Shown here: one piece after another, positions 19,524-29,395 of the stretch | Numbering within the stretch: the first letter of the stretch is position 1 | How the letters are laid out: each line of letters opens with the position of its first letter | Origin: an uncultured Phycisphaerales bacterium | Lineage (GTDB): Bacteria > Planctomycetota > Phycisphaerae > Phycisphaerales > SM1A02 | Assembly (NCBI GenBank): GCA_938084645.1 | Contig: CALKEP010000010.1 | Location: forward strand, 1-64,000 | Direction: 5' to 3' | Length of the DNA: 64,000 nt | The notes under the pieces: generated by a model | What the model was told of the DNA's origin: nothing | Database searches by the model: none | The model's input: only the letters and a program-made list of their open reading frames with translations | Made by a program: the position numbers and the translations under genes

Positions 19524-21779
19524 TCACGCCGCGTCGGCGGTGCTCCCGCTGCGGGCGGCCTCGAGTGCGGCGCGGCGTTCCCGTGCCAAGGACCGTCGGA
19601 GTCGGATGGCGTTTCCGATCACCGAGATGTCGCTACAGGCCATCGCCCCCGCCGCGATCAGGGGGCCACCGGTGCCGAGCAGGCCGAAGGCGGCGGCCGG
19701 GATCGCGATCGAGTTGTAGAAGAACGCGAAGAAGAGATTCTGGCGGATGGTTCGCAACGTCCGGCGAGCGAGGTGGATCGCGTCCGGAACGGACGCGACC
19801 CGATCCGGTGGCACCACCACGTCGGCGGCCTCGATCGCGGCCCCGGTGCCACCCGCCATCGCGATGCCGAGGTCGGCCGCGGCGAGGGCCGCGGCGTCGT
19901 TGATGCCGTCCCCGACCATCGCGGTGCGACGATCGCGGCCGGCGACGAGTTCGAGCTTGGAGTCCGGGGTCGCGTCGGCGATGATCTCATCCTCGGACAG
20001 TCCCACCGATCGCCCGATCCGAAGCGCTGATTCCCGTCGGTCGCCGGTCAGCATGAGGACGTCGACGCCCATTCTGCGAAGGCGTGCGATCGCCTCCGCG
20101 GCATCGTCGCGGGGCTGGTCGTCGATGAAGAACCGGGCGACGAGGGCGTCGTCGATCTCGACTCGACAACTCGCGGCCTCGTCACGCACGACTCGGACCC
20201 GGCGCTCCCCCACGGTCGCCGCGACGCCTTCGCCGGGGGTGGCCTCGAAATCGTGGGCGGCGGGTATCTCGACGCCGCGTCGATCGGCCTCCTCGAGAAT
20301 CGCCCGGGCGATCGGGTGTTCACTTCCCGACTCCGCGGCGGCGGTGGCGGCGACGACGAACGCCTCGTCGGCGGTCGGCGCCACGAACTCGATCCGCGTC
20401 ACCTGTGGTCGACCCACCGTGAGGGTGCCCGTCTTGTCGAACACCACGGCTTCGAGCCGACCGGAGGATTCAAGACTCGAGGCGCTCTTGATGAGGATTC
20501 CACGGCGACTGGCCTCGCCGGCGCCGACCATCACCGCCATCGGGGTGGCGAGGCCGAGGGCGCAGGGGCAGGAGATGATCAGGACCGTCACCGTGCTGAC
20601 CACGCCGGTGTTCCAGTCGCCCATGATGAATCCCCAGCCGAAGAGGGAAGCCGCCGCCACCGAGAGCACCGTCGGGACGAAGATCGACGACACGCGATCC
20701 GCGAGACGTTGGATCGGGGCCTGGCTCGACTGCGCGTTCTGGACCATGCTGGCGATCCGCGCGACGGTGGTGTTGCGACCATCGACGGTGGCCGACAGCC
20801 GGAGGAGTCCGTTGCCGTTCAGGGTGCCGGCGACCACCGGATCCTCCGGGCCTCGGACCACCGGCATCGGCTCGCCCGTGACCAGTGATTCATCGACCTC
20901 GCTTCGTCCCTCGAGCACCCTGGCGTCGACGGGGATGCGACCACCGGGGCGGACGAGATAGACGTCGCCGACTTCGATCTCGGAGCTGGGAACCTCCGTG
21001 GTGGCGCCCGACGCATCGACCCGTTCGGCGACTTCCGGTTGGAGTTCGAGCAGGTCCCGGACCGCGGTGCTCGCTCTGGCCGACGCCTTGGCTTCGAGGA
21101 AGTGGCCGAGACTGATGATGCCGAGGAGCGCCGCGGATTCGGCGAAATACAGCGGGAGCGGCAGCCATGCCGCGGGATCGGGGAGGGTGCGTTGGGCGAT
21201 GAAGACGATCAGACTCCAGACGAACGCCGTCGTGGCGCCGATGGAGATCAGGGTGTCCATGTTGGTGCCGCCGCGGCGGGCCGCGGTGTAGGCGGATGCG
21301 TAGAACCCGCCTCCCGCGACCACCAGGACCAGCAAGCCGCCGAGCATCATGATCCACGGGACCCAGGCGACGCCGTGTCCGACCGTCCAGTGGAGGGTCT
21401 CGAGCGGGATCCAGACCCCGATCCCGATGATCGCGCGACGCTTCCACATCCGCACGGTCCGGGCCTGTGCCAGTTCCATCCTGGAGCGGGTCTCCGAGAG
21501 ATCCTCCTTCGTCTCGAGGAACTCGCCCTTGAACCCGCGGGAGGCGATCACCTCGAGGGTTGGAGGAACCTCGAGATCGCCCTCGACCACGGCGAGTCCG
21601 CTCGTGAAGTCGACGGTGGCGGATGCGACCTCCGTGCGGCTCCGCAGGGCGGATTGAAGCTCGCTGGCGCAGCCGGTGCAGTGCATGCCTTCGATCCGGT
21701 AGCGGCGGGTGGCCACCGGGTCGCCGGCGGCCACCTGGAGTCCTGCGTCCTGTTCGGGATCAATCGGCATCGGATCCAT
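19524..21779 (-). CDS. copA: Heavy-metal (Cu+-type) P1B ATPase
   Basis: HMA GMHCTGC, TGEP, CPCALGLATP, DKTGTLT, SEHP, GDGINDA, YN in the penultimate TM; start 21779 or 21770. Confidence 0.88.
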   Translation of the reverse strand: MDPMPIDPEQDAGLQVAAGDPVATRRYRIEGMHCTGCASELQSALRSRTEVASATVDFTSGLAVVEGDLEVPPTLEVIASRGFKGEFLETKEDLSETRSRMELAQARTVRMWKRRAIIGIGVWIPLETLHWTVGHGVAWVPWIMMLGGLLVLVVAGGGFYASAYTAARRGGTNMDTLISIGATTAFVWSLIVFIAQRTLPDPAAWLPLPLYFAESAALLGIISLGHFLEAKASARASTAVRDLLELQPEVAERVDASGATTEVPSSEIEVGDVYLVRPGGRIPVDARVLEGRSEVDESLVTGEPMPVVRGPEDPVVAGTLNGNGLLRLSATVDGRNTTVARIASMVQNAQSSQAPIQRLADRVSSIFVPTVLSVAAASLFGWGFIMGDWNTGVVSTVTVLIISCPCALGLATPMAVMVGAGEASRRGILIKSASSLESSGRLEAVVFDKTGTLTVGRPQVTRIEFVAPTADEAFVVAATAAAESGSEHPIARAILEEADRRGVEIPAAHDFEATPGEGVAATVGERRVRVVRDEAASCRVEIDDALVARFFIDDQPRDDAAEAIARLRRMGVDVLMLTGDRRESALRIGRSVGLSEDEIIADATPDSKLELVAGRDRRTAMVGDGINDAAALAAADLGIAMAGGTGAAIEAADVVVPPDRVASVPDAIHLARRTLRTIRQNLFFAFFYNSIAIPAAAFGLLGTGGPLIAAGAMACSDISVIGNAIRLRRSLARERRAALEAARSGSTADAA

Positions 21780-21945
21780 GCTACGGAGTTCCACGATTCC
21801 AGTTCGTTCTCTGAGGTCCGGGGGGTCCGAGAGCCGATCCTGATCCTCGGGACGGCGTGCGGATCCGGCGTCGTCTTGATTCACCACCCGGATCGCGGAT
21901 ACCCTGCTGGGTCCGACCGCCCCCCGAAGATCCCTCCCGCCCGAC

Positions 21946-22287
21946 ATGAACCCCTCCGACATCCATTCTCGCGAAGCCAACGCCGTGAGCACGCTGGCGA
22001 CCATGCTGGCCGCCGCGGTCGTGCTGTCGGTCGGCGTGGCGAGTGGCAGTCTCGGCACCCTCGCCCCGGCCGCCGCCGTGAACGCGGTGTTCATGGGCGG
22101 CATGCACACCGTCGCGACGTCGGGAACCGCGCACCCTTCCGTTCGGATGGTTGCGCCCCGAAGCCGATCGGTGCTCGCGCTGACGGCGGCGGATCGCCGG
22201 ATCGCGCCGGGTGAGGCCGATCGGATCGAGATCGCAGGGCCTTCCGGGCCCGCGGCGTCGAACCTGCCGCCACCGTACGCCGGCTGA
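21946..22287 (+). CDS. secA upstream ORF; candidate secretion-monitor arrest peptide
   Basis: 113 aa, high GC3, N-terminal hydrophobic stretch, C-terminal SNLPPPYAG*, 153 nt before secA on the same strand. Confidence 0.7.
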   Translation: MNPSDIHSREANAVSTLATMLAAAVVLSVGVASGSLGTLAPAAAVNAVFMGGMHTVATSGTAHPSVRMVAPRSRSVLALTAADRRIAPGEADRIEIAGPSGPAASNLPPPYAG

Positions 22288-22440
22288 GCCCCCCGACGTC
22301 CGAATCCGGACGCCGGTCGCCGACTCCCGCGTCACCGTCTCAAATCACACCGACTCCATCCACGCCGACCAATCCAGGTCAGGGCGTGTCTTGATCGACC
22401 GACATCGCGTCGGGCGGTCGTTTCCCGAAAGGATCCCGTC

Positions 22441-25400
22441 ATGGGCGTTCCGTTCTTCGGCTGGGCTGCCAGAAAGCTCTTCGGCACTCGCAATCAGCGC
22501 CAGGTCTCCCGCTACCTCGAGAAGGTGGAGAAGGTGAACGCCTTCGAAGAGGAGATGCGATCGCTCAGCGACGCCGAGCTCCGGGACCGTACGGCGGAGT
22601 TCCGGCGTCGGGTCAAGGAAGAGGGTGCCGTCGGGTACGACCTCATCCCCGAGGCCTTCGCGGTCGCCCGCGAGGCGATGGATCGTTCCGTGGGCATCCG
22701 GAACATCTTCAATCCGGAGGCCGGGTTCGATCCGGACACCCTCCCCACCGAAGCCCGGACGATGTACGACGCCGTCAAGGCGGAGATCGACCGGACCGAC
22801 GACGCGCCACCCGAGGGCGAATTCCTGGGGTGCGAGGAGCCCATTCCCGCCTGGCGTTTCGTGGAGATCCCCCCCGACCTCTACCAGGCGGTGCGGGAAC
22901 TCCATCCGACCAGCCGGCCGCCGTTCCGGGCCCGTCCCTTCGACGTCCAGCTCATCGGCGGAACCGTCCTGAGCGAGGGTCGGATCGCGGAGATGAAGAC
23001 CGGCGAGGGCAAGACGATCGTCGCACCGCTCGCCTGCTATCTCGCGTGCATCGAGGAGAAGCAGGTCCACGTGGTGACGGTGAACGACTACCTGGTGCAG
23101 CGCGACCGGGACTGGACCTTCCCGTTCTTCCACGCCCTCGGGCTGACCGTCGGTGCGATTCATCCCTTCCACATGCAGCCCGCCGACCGCAAGAAGGCGA
23201 TGTACGAATGCGACGTGGTCTACGGGACCACCGCGGAGTTCGGTTTCGACTATCTCCGCGACAACATGAAGCTCCGCGCCGAGGATCAGGTCCAGAAGCG
23301 ACGGGAGTTCGCGGTGGTGGACGAGGTCGATTCGATCCTGATCGACGAGGCCCGCACCCCGCTGATCATCTCGGGTCCCGCCCACTCCGTGCGGCCGCGC
23401 TACGAACTCGCCGACGGTCTCGCCCGGCATCTCGTCGAGGGCCAGCGTGACTGGACGACGGCGGACGAGAAGGTCCAGTCCTGCGAGGTCCGGATTTCCG
23501 GACTCGAGGGCGACATCCGGAACGCCCGCGACAAGGCCGCGCTTCCGGGACTGAAGGCCGAACTCGAGGCCGCCCGCGAGGAACTCCCGCGACTGGAGTC
23601 CGCCCGCGAGAAGCACGTGCAGTTCTTCGAGGTCGAACTCGACAAGAAGCAGGCTTCGCTCACCCACGAAGGCATCACGGAGGCCCAGCGCAAGGCCGGC
23701 GTCGGCTCCTTCTACGTCGGTGAGAACATCGACCTCCCCCACCTGCTGGAGCAGGCGTTGCGGGCCCACGTGGTCTACGTCGGCGACCGGGACTACGTGG
23801 TCGCCGCCGACGACCAGGGTGAGATGGGCGTCGTGATCGTCGACCAGAACACGGGCCGCAAGATGGTCGGTCGGCAGTGGTCCGACGGCCTGCATCAGGC
23901 GGTCGAGGCGAAGGAAGGCGTCCCGATCAAGGATGAGACGCAGACGATGGCGACGATCACCATCCAGAACTTCTTCAAGATGTACGAGCGGCTGGCGGGA
24001 ATGACCGGGACCGCGGACACCGAAGCGACGGAGTTCCACGAGATCTACCGGCTCGACGTGGTGTCGATCCCCACCAACGTGCCAGTGGAGCGGTTCGACC
24101 GCAACGACCTCGTCTACCTCAACGAAGGCGACAAGTGGCACGCGATCGTCGAGGAGGTCCGGCGTTCCTGGGAGGTCGGCCTGCCGGTGCTGGTGGGCAC
24201 CACCAGCGTCGAACGGAGCGAGATGCTCAGCCGCATGCTGACCAAGGCCCATCGCATCCCGCACGAGGTGCTCAATGCGAAGCAGCACGAGCGGGAGGCG
24301 GACATCGTGCAGGGTGCCGGCGGACTCGGCGCGGTGATGATCGCCACCAACATGGCGGGTCGAGGCACCGACATCAAGCTCGCGAGATTCGATCGGGCGA
24401 CGCTGATCGAACATTGGAAGAAGGCCGGGATCTGCTCGAAGGACGCCGATGCCTCGATGAGCGACGACGAGGTCCTCGCTCGCTGCTGGCGACAGATCGC
24501 CCAGCGCGATCTCGGACTCTCCCGAAAGGACGCGGAGGCCCTCGATCCGGCCGAGGCCCGGCGTCGGCTGCTCGTGATGTGGGCGGTCGAGCTCGCCTGG
24601 CAGGATCCTGCGAAGGCGGAGCGGATGTCGGTCGAGGATCTCGAAGCGGCGCTCGACGCGTCGGGGACCTGCAGGCTCCACCGGCTCGGCTTCCACGACA
24701 GCGTGGAGAGCATGGGCGGACTGCACATCATCGGCACCGAACGACACGAGAGCCGTCGGATCGACAACCAGCTTCGCGGTCGCGCGGGGCGTCAGGGCGA
24801 CAACGGCAGCAGTCGGTTCTTCCTCAGTCTCGAGGACGACCTGATGAAGATGTTCGCGGGCAAGAAGACGCTCTACGTCCTGTCGAAGCTCGGCATGAAG
24901 GAGGGTGACGCGATCGAGCACCCGATGCTCTCCCGGTCGGTCGAGAACGCGCAGCGCAAGGTCGAGGAGCGGAACTTCCAGATCCGGAAGAACATCCTCG
25001 AGTACGACGAGCCGATGGAGCACCAGCGACAGGCGTTCTACGCCATTCGCCAGCCCGCGCTGGAGAACAAGCAGATCAAGGAACGGATCTTCGAGTACGT
25101 CGAGGAGGCCACGCACGACGAGGCGGGTCGTCTGCTCTCGGCGGACTACCGCGCCCGCTGCATCAGCGAGTGGATCCACGAGAACCTCGGCTTCCTGGTG
25201 GAGCCGGAACGCATCCGGAAGAAGGATCGCGAGGACCTGCACGCCCTGATTCGCGGTGACTATCTGGAGGAAGGCAGCGAGGTCGTCGCGAACACCTGCA
25301 ACGAATACCTCGCCGACGACCTCGAGCCCGCGGAGTGGGACGTCGAGGGGTTCGCGCGATGGGCGGCGAAGGAGTACGACGCGGAGCTCGATCCCGAAGC

Positions 25401-26634
25401 GATCCGGACCTCCGGCCGCCGCGAGGTCATTCGAATGATCGAGGCCGCCCAGGTGGCCAAGATCGAAGCCTTCGATCTTTCGCCGCTCGACACCTATCTG
25501 GTGAAGGACTACGGCGCCCGCGAGCTCGTCAAGTGGGCGAACGGCAAGTTCGACACCGAGTTCGAATCGGAGATCGTGACCGACGTCTCGAGCGACGAAG
25601 TCGCGGCCGAACGCCTCCTCGACGCCGCCCGCGAGGCGTACCGTCGGCGGGAGATCGAATACCCGATCGACTATGCGGTGGATCTGACGACCGCGGGCAT
25701 GCCGCAGGATCCTCGCGCCGCCCTGTCCCAGTTCTGCGCGTGGGCCAAGTCCCGGTACGAGCTGAACTGGTCGAGCTCCGCCCTGCCTTCGTCCGATCCG
25801 AAGGAACTTCGCACCCTGCTCGTGGACCAGGCCAGGAAGTGGGATGACGGCAGGATCGCGGCCCGGGCCGCCGACGCGGTGAAGGAGGCCGGCGACGACG
25901 TGTCGGCGCTCGACGCGTGGTTCCAGCGGGAGTGCCTCGTCGCCCTGACCGAGGACGAACGGACCGCGGCCGTCGAAGAGGGGCTTGAACCGTTCGCCCG
26001 TCGTCGGATCTCGGAGCTGCTCCGGACCGAGCTGAGCCAGTTCGAGCGATGGGTGATGCTGCAGGTCCTCGACACGGCCTGGAAGGATCATCTGCACTCG
26101 ATGGATCAGATCAAGGATGCGATCGGTTTCCGAGCCTTCAGCCAGAAGGATCCGCGGATCGAATTCAAGCGGGAGTCGGCCCGTCTCTTCGACGAGATGA
26201 AGGAGCAGATCCGGGATCGGCTCACCGATCTCGTCTTCAAGGGTCGTCTCCAGCCGCAGGCGGCGCGTCCCGCCCAGGGCGACGGGTCAACGCCCGCCCG
26301 GCCCGCGGCGGCGGGTCGAACCGCGCCCGTCCAGAAGCTGGAGGCCGCTCGTTCGGCGGTCGCCGCGGCGGCGGCGATGCTCGCCGAAGCGGGCGAGGAT
26401 GCCGAGGCGGGAACCGAGGAGCAACGTCGCGACCTCGAGATCGCGGAGCGTGCGGGAAGTGAGGAGGCGACGGCCTCCGGGGCCTCCGCGCGAACCCCCG
26501 CTCCGAGCCGAACGGCACCTGCGATCGGCCGGAACGAAGTGGTGACGGTGATCGATCCGGCTTCGGGCGAACGGCAGGAGATGAAGTGGAAGAAGGCCGA
26601 GCCACTGGTCAAGAAGGGATGGAAGCTCGGCTGA
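22441..26634 (+). CDS. secA: Preprotein translocase ATPase SecA (long form, 1397 aa)
   Basis: EMKTGEGKT, VTVNDYL, VDEVDSILIDEARTPLIIS, GMTGTA, ATNMAGRGTDI, RRIDNQLRGRAGRQGD, QKDPRIEFK; SD GAAAGGA. Confidence 0.98.
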   Translation: MGVPFFGWAARKLFGTRNQRQVSRYLEKVEKVNAFEEEMRSLSDAELRDRTAEFRRRVKEEGAVGYDLIPEAFAVAREAMDRSVGIRNIFNPEAGFDPDTLPTEARTMYDAVKAEIDRTDDAPPEGEFLGCEEPIPAWRFVEIPPDLYQAVRELHPTSRPPFRARPFDVQLIGGTVLSEGRIAEMKTGEGKTIVAPLACYLACIEEKQVHVVTVNDYLVQRDRDWTFPFFHALGLTVGAIHPFHMQPADRKKAMYECDVVYGTTAEFGFDYLRDNMKLRAEDQVQKRREFAVVDEVDSILIDEARTPLIISGPAHSVRPRYELADGLARHLVEGQRDWTTADEKVQSCEVRISGLEGDIRNARDKAALPGLKAELEAAREELPRLESAREKHVQFFEVELDKKQASLTHEGITEAQRKAGVGSFYVGENIDLPHLLEQALRAHVVYVGDRDYVVAADDQGEMGVVIVDQNTGRKMVGRQWSDGLHQAVEAKEGVPIKDETQTMATITIQNFFKMYERLAGMTGTADTEATEFHEIYRLDVVSIPTNVPVERFDRNDLVYLNEGDKWHAIVEEVRRSWEVGLPVLVGTTSVERSEMLSRMLTKAHRIPHEVLNAKQHEREADIVQGAGGLGAVMIATNMAGRGTDIKLARFDRATLIEHWKKAGICSKDADASMSDDEVLARCWRQIAQRDLGLSRKDAEALDPAEARRRLLVMWAVELAWQDPAKAERMSVEDLEAALDASGTCRLHRLGFHDSVESMGGLHIIGTERHESRRIDNQLRGRAGRQGDNGSSRFFLSLEDDLMKMFAGKKTLYVLSKLGMKEGDAIEHPMLSRSVENAQRKVEERNFQIRKNILEYDEPMEHQRQAFYAIRQPALENKQIKERIFEYVEEATHDEAGRLLSADYRARCISEWIHENLGFLVEPERIRKKDREDLHALIRGDYLEEGSEVVANTCNEYLADDLEPAEWDVEGFARWAAKEYDAELDPEAIRTSGRREVIRMIEAAQVAKIEAFDLSPLDTYLVKDYGARELVKWANGKFDTEFESEIVTDVSSDEVAAERLLDAAREAYRRREIEYPIDYAVDLTTAGMPQDPRAALSQFCAWAKSRYELNWSSSALPSSDPKELRTLLVDQARKWDDGRIAARAADAVKEAGDDVSALDAWFQRECLVALTEDERTAAVEEGLEPFARRRISELLRTELSQFERWVMLQVLDTAWKDHLHSMDQIKDAIGFRAFSQKDPRIEFKRESARLFDEMKEQIRDRLTDLVFKGRLQPQAARPAQGDGSTPARPAAAGRTAPVQKLEAARSAVAAAAAMLAEAGEDAEAGTEEQRRDLEIAERAGSEEATASGASARTPAPSRTAPAIGRNEVVTVIDPASGERQEMKWKKAEPLVKKGWKLG

Positions 26635-26644
26635 CCTCGTCGAC

Positions 26645-26672
26645 TTGAAGACGGAGCCGGAGTCGCTACACT
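26645..26672 (+). promoter_or_regulatory. Sigma70-type promoter for tRNA-Lys
   Basis: TTGAAG-16 nt-TACACT ending 6 nt before the tRNA. Confidence 0.6.
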
Positions 26673-26678
26673 CGTCCC

Positions 26679-26751
<73 letters not shown>

Positions 26752-26848
26752 TTGTGACGGAACGTGTCTGATCGACCTTCCGCATCGTTCAATCCGCCCT
26801 TGCGGCGGCCTGAACCGGACCCGGGCCTCGGAGCCCGTGGCCAGATTC

Positions 26849-26893
26849 GAAGAACCCCCGCGAGCGGCGACGCTCCCGGGGGTTCTTCCTTTT
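26849..26893 (+). terminator. Intrinsic terminator after tRNA-Lys
   Basis: GAAGAACCCCCG-C-GAGCG-GCGA-CGCTC-C-CGGGGGTTCTTC followed by CTTTT. Confidence 0.75.
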
Positions 26894-27041
26894 CCGCTGG
26901 ACAACAGCTTCGAACGCCCCCGCCGCACGGGGCCGATGCGAAATCCGGTTTTCTCGAGCCGTGGCTGTCACGGGCCGGGGCGTCGACGCTACCAGTCTGC
27001 GATCACATCAGCCCCCCGCAACGCCAGGAAGGAACCCCGAC

Positions 27042-27149
27042 ATGCTCACCGACGACCTCATGACCGTGGCCTGGACCACCGCCTGCATCGCCCTGAGCCT
27101 CTACGCCTTCCATCGTCGAGATGTCCGTCGAGCCATGGCGGGTGACTGA
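27042..27149 (+). CDS. Small (35 aa) putative single-TM protein
   Basis: AGGAAGGA upstream of ATG; MLTDDLMTVAWTTACIALSLYAFHRRDVRRAMAGD; GC3-rich codons. Confidence 0.55.
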   Translation: MLTDDLMTVAWTTACIALSLYAFHRRDVRRAMAGD

Positions 27150-27234
27150 GCGTCGATCACCCTTCCAGCTGTTTCCGGGTCGGTGGCACGGAGAATGGGG
27201 GTCGAGAGAGAGAGAGCGTGTCTCCGGGCACGGG

Positions 27235-27268
27235 CATGACACGGCTTCCGGGCCGTGTCATGTCGTTT
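27235..27268 (+). terminator. Hairpin, probable terminator of the small ORF
   Basis: Perfect 11-bp stem CATGACACGGC/GCCGTGTCATG followed by TCGTTT. Confidence 0.5.
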
Positions 27269-27368
27269 CCAGAGGGCGGCCCGGCGATCCTGCGGGTGAT
27301 GAATGCTAGGATCTACGGTCGGATCCGCTGCTCCTCCGCAGCCGCCCGTCGACTGGAATCCAAGCGTC

Positions 27369-29204
27369 ATGCGTCACCTTCGTGTCATTCTCGTCGCCAC
27401 CCTGCTTCCGTTCCTCGGTTCCTTCGTCGCCTGCGACATGGTGGAACGGGTCGACCCGGAAAAAGGCGCTTCCAGCCTGGAGCGCCGGAACTTCGAGATC
27501 GACGTTCAGCCGATCATGCGAGGCACCGTTGCGAGCGAGGCCGCGATCGCGGGCGAGAATCCCACGATCGTCCGAGGCTACGGACTCGTGGTCGGACTTC
27601 GGGGCACCGGAAGTCGCCTGATGCCGGCCCAGGTCCGTTCCTGGATGCTTCAGGAAATGGCCCGGCGAGGCGTCGGCAACCCGGCGACCGGCTACGGCGA
27701 CATCTCTCCGGAACGCCTGCTGGACTCGGAAGACACCGCGGTGGTGGTCGTCGAGGGGGTGATCCCGCCCGGCGGCGTCGCGGACAGTCGTTTCGACGTT
27801 CGGGTGTATTCGGCACCGGGAACCGGTACCACGAGCCTCGAAGGCGGAACGCTCTACACGACGGATCTCCGGCCCGGTGACATCAGTGTCGGGCCCAAGC
27901 AGGCCACCGCCCTCGCCAAGGCCAGAGGTCAGATCTTCATCAATCCGTTCGCCGAGCCGAATGCTCGAAACAAGGACACCGTCGATCGGCTCACGGGCCG
28001 GATCATGGATGGCGGCATCGTCGACGACGACATGCCGCTCAAGCTGCGGATGGCGGTGCGAAGTCACGTGCGTGCGATGGCGGTTCGGGATGCGATCAAC
28101 TCCCGGTTTCCGCGAGAGCCCGGTCAGAGCGACGAGACCGCCCACGGCAAGAGCGGTGAAGAGATCATGCTCACGGTTCCGCCGAGCCATCATGACGACC
28201 CCCAGCGTTTCGTCGATCTCGTGAAGCACAGTTCGCTCCGTCCGGAAGCCGTCGAGGCGACCGCGTTGAGCGTGCGCCGCGCCCTGCTGGCGAATCCCGG
28301 ATTCACCAAGGAAGCGACCCTCCGCTGGCAGGCCCTGGGGCCGAAGTCGATCCCGGTGATCCAGGATCTCTACGACTATCCGGAGGAAGGCCCGAGGCTC
28401 GCCGCCCTGATCGCCGGTGCCAAGCTCGACGACGCCTCGGTGGCCCCCCACCTCGTCGCGATCGCGAACGACGGAACCGTGGATGCGAAGCTCGCCTGCA
28501 TCAAGCTTCTTTCGGAGATGGGCCCGAATCCGACGATCGAGATGGGGCTTCGCCCCCTCCTCGACGCGGAGGACGTCGACATCCGGCTCGCGACCTTCGA
28601 GGCCCTCGAGAAGCGGGCCGACCCGATCGTCGCGGCCTACGACATCGATGACAAGTTCATTCTGAACCTCGTTCCGAGCGATCGACCGCTGATCTACGTG
28701 GCCCAGACCGGGCGCCCGAGAATCGTGATCTTCGGCGACGGCCAGGAGGTGGAGCGGCCGATGTTCCTGGAGGCGTGGAGCAATCGTCTCCTCATGAAGG
28801 CCGACAGCGGAGACGGTCGGCTCGAGGTGTTCTACCGCGAGGCCGCCAACCTTCCGGCCCAGATCGACGAGGTCAGCCCCGAAGTCGGGCAGCTGGTCGC
28901 GTACTTCGGGCATCGGACCACCATCGAGGCCCCCGCCCCCGGCATCGGTCTGACCTACGGCGAGACGATCGGCGCGCTGCACCAGCTCTGGCGCGAGGGC
29001 TATCTCACCAGCGACTTCAAGGCCGAGCAGGATCGGGTCCTGGCCGCGATCGTCCGGGCCCAGACGACCGAGGAAAGCCCCGATCGGGCCGAGTTCGACG
29101 CCGACCTGCCGATGATCGACGAGAACGAGGACGGAATCCCGGACGACCCGATGCCGAATCGGCTTGAAGCACCTCGCAAGGGCGGCGATACTGTTCCTCG
29201 GTGA
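27369..29204 (+). CDS. FlgI (P-ring)-like lipoprotein with HEAT-like repeats
   Basis: Lipobox [31 protein letters not shown]...[18 protein letters not shown]lgI motifs; helical C-terminal repeats (PRLAALIA..., [10 protein letters not shown]). Confidence 0.75.
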   Translation: MRHLRVILVATLLPFLGSFVACDMVERVDPEKGASSLERRNFEIDVQPIMRGTVASEAAIAGENPTIVRGYGLVVGLRGTGSRLMPAQVRSWMLQEMARRGVGNPATGYGDISPERLLDSEDTAVVVVEGVIPPGGVADSRFDVRVYSAPGTGTTSLEGGTLYTTDLRPGDISVGPKQATALAKARGQIFINPFAEPNARNKDTVDRLTGRIMDGGIVDDDMPLKLRMAVRSHVRAMAVRDAINSRFPREPGQSDETAHGKSGEEIMLTVPPSHHDDPQRFVDLVKHSSLRPEAVEATALSVRRALLANPGFTKEATLRWQALGPKSIPVIQDLYDYPEEGPRLAALIAGAKLDDASVAPHLVAIANDGTVDAKLACIKLLSEMGPNPTIEMGLRPLLDAEDVDIRLATFEALEKRADPIVAAYDIDDKFILNLVPSDRPLIYVAQTGRPRIVIFGDGQEVERPMFLEAWSNRLLMKADSGDGRLEVFYREAANLPAQIDEVSPEVGQLVAYFGHRTTIEAPAPGIGLTYGETIGALHQLWREGYLTSDFKAEQDRVLAAIVRAQTTEESPDRAEFDADLPMIDENEDGIPDDPMPNRLEAPRKGGDTVPR

Positions 29205-29395
29205 GGTGGACGTCTCCGGACCAGGTCCGTCGACGGTTCGGGACCCGGAGTCCTTCGACCTCGCCGCTGCGGGGAACCGCAACGGAGGCAGGACCCTTCC
29301 GGCCTCGACTCGCGTGTCGCCGGCTCTGCGCCGCCACGACGAGCATGCCCGCCACGGCACGGATGCGTGGCGATATCGACAGGAGGTCGATTCAC

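Noticed and set aside
21780..22109. N-terminal extension of copA in the ORF track
   Set aside because: No domain content; overlaps antisense the better-supported secA uORF
22345..26097. 1250-aa minus-strand ORF
   Set aside because: Antisense shadow of secA, expected in high-GC DNA; no motifs
26790..26840. Small hairpins in the tRNA-Lys trailer as an ncRNA
   Set aside because: Short GC-rich stems with no recognisable family; cannot be supported without covariation
27184..27198. TGGCACG sigma54 -24 element
   Set aside because: No TTGC at the -12 position
26752..27368. Genomic island or att site after tRNA-Lys (and after tRNA-Ile2)
   Set aside because: No integrase, no duplicated tRNA 3' end seen, no compositional shift
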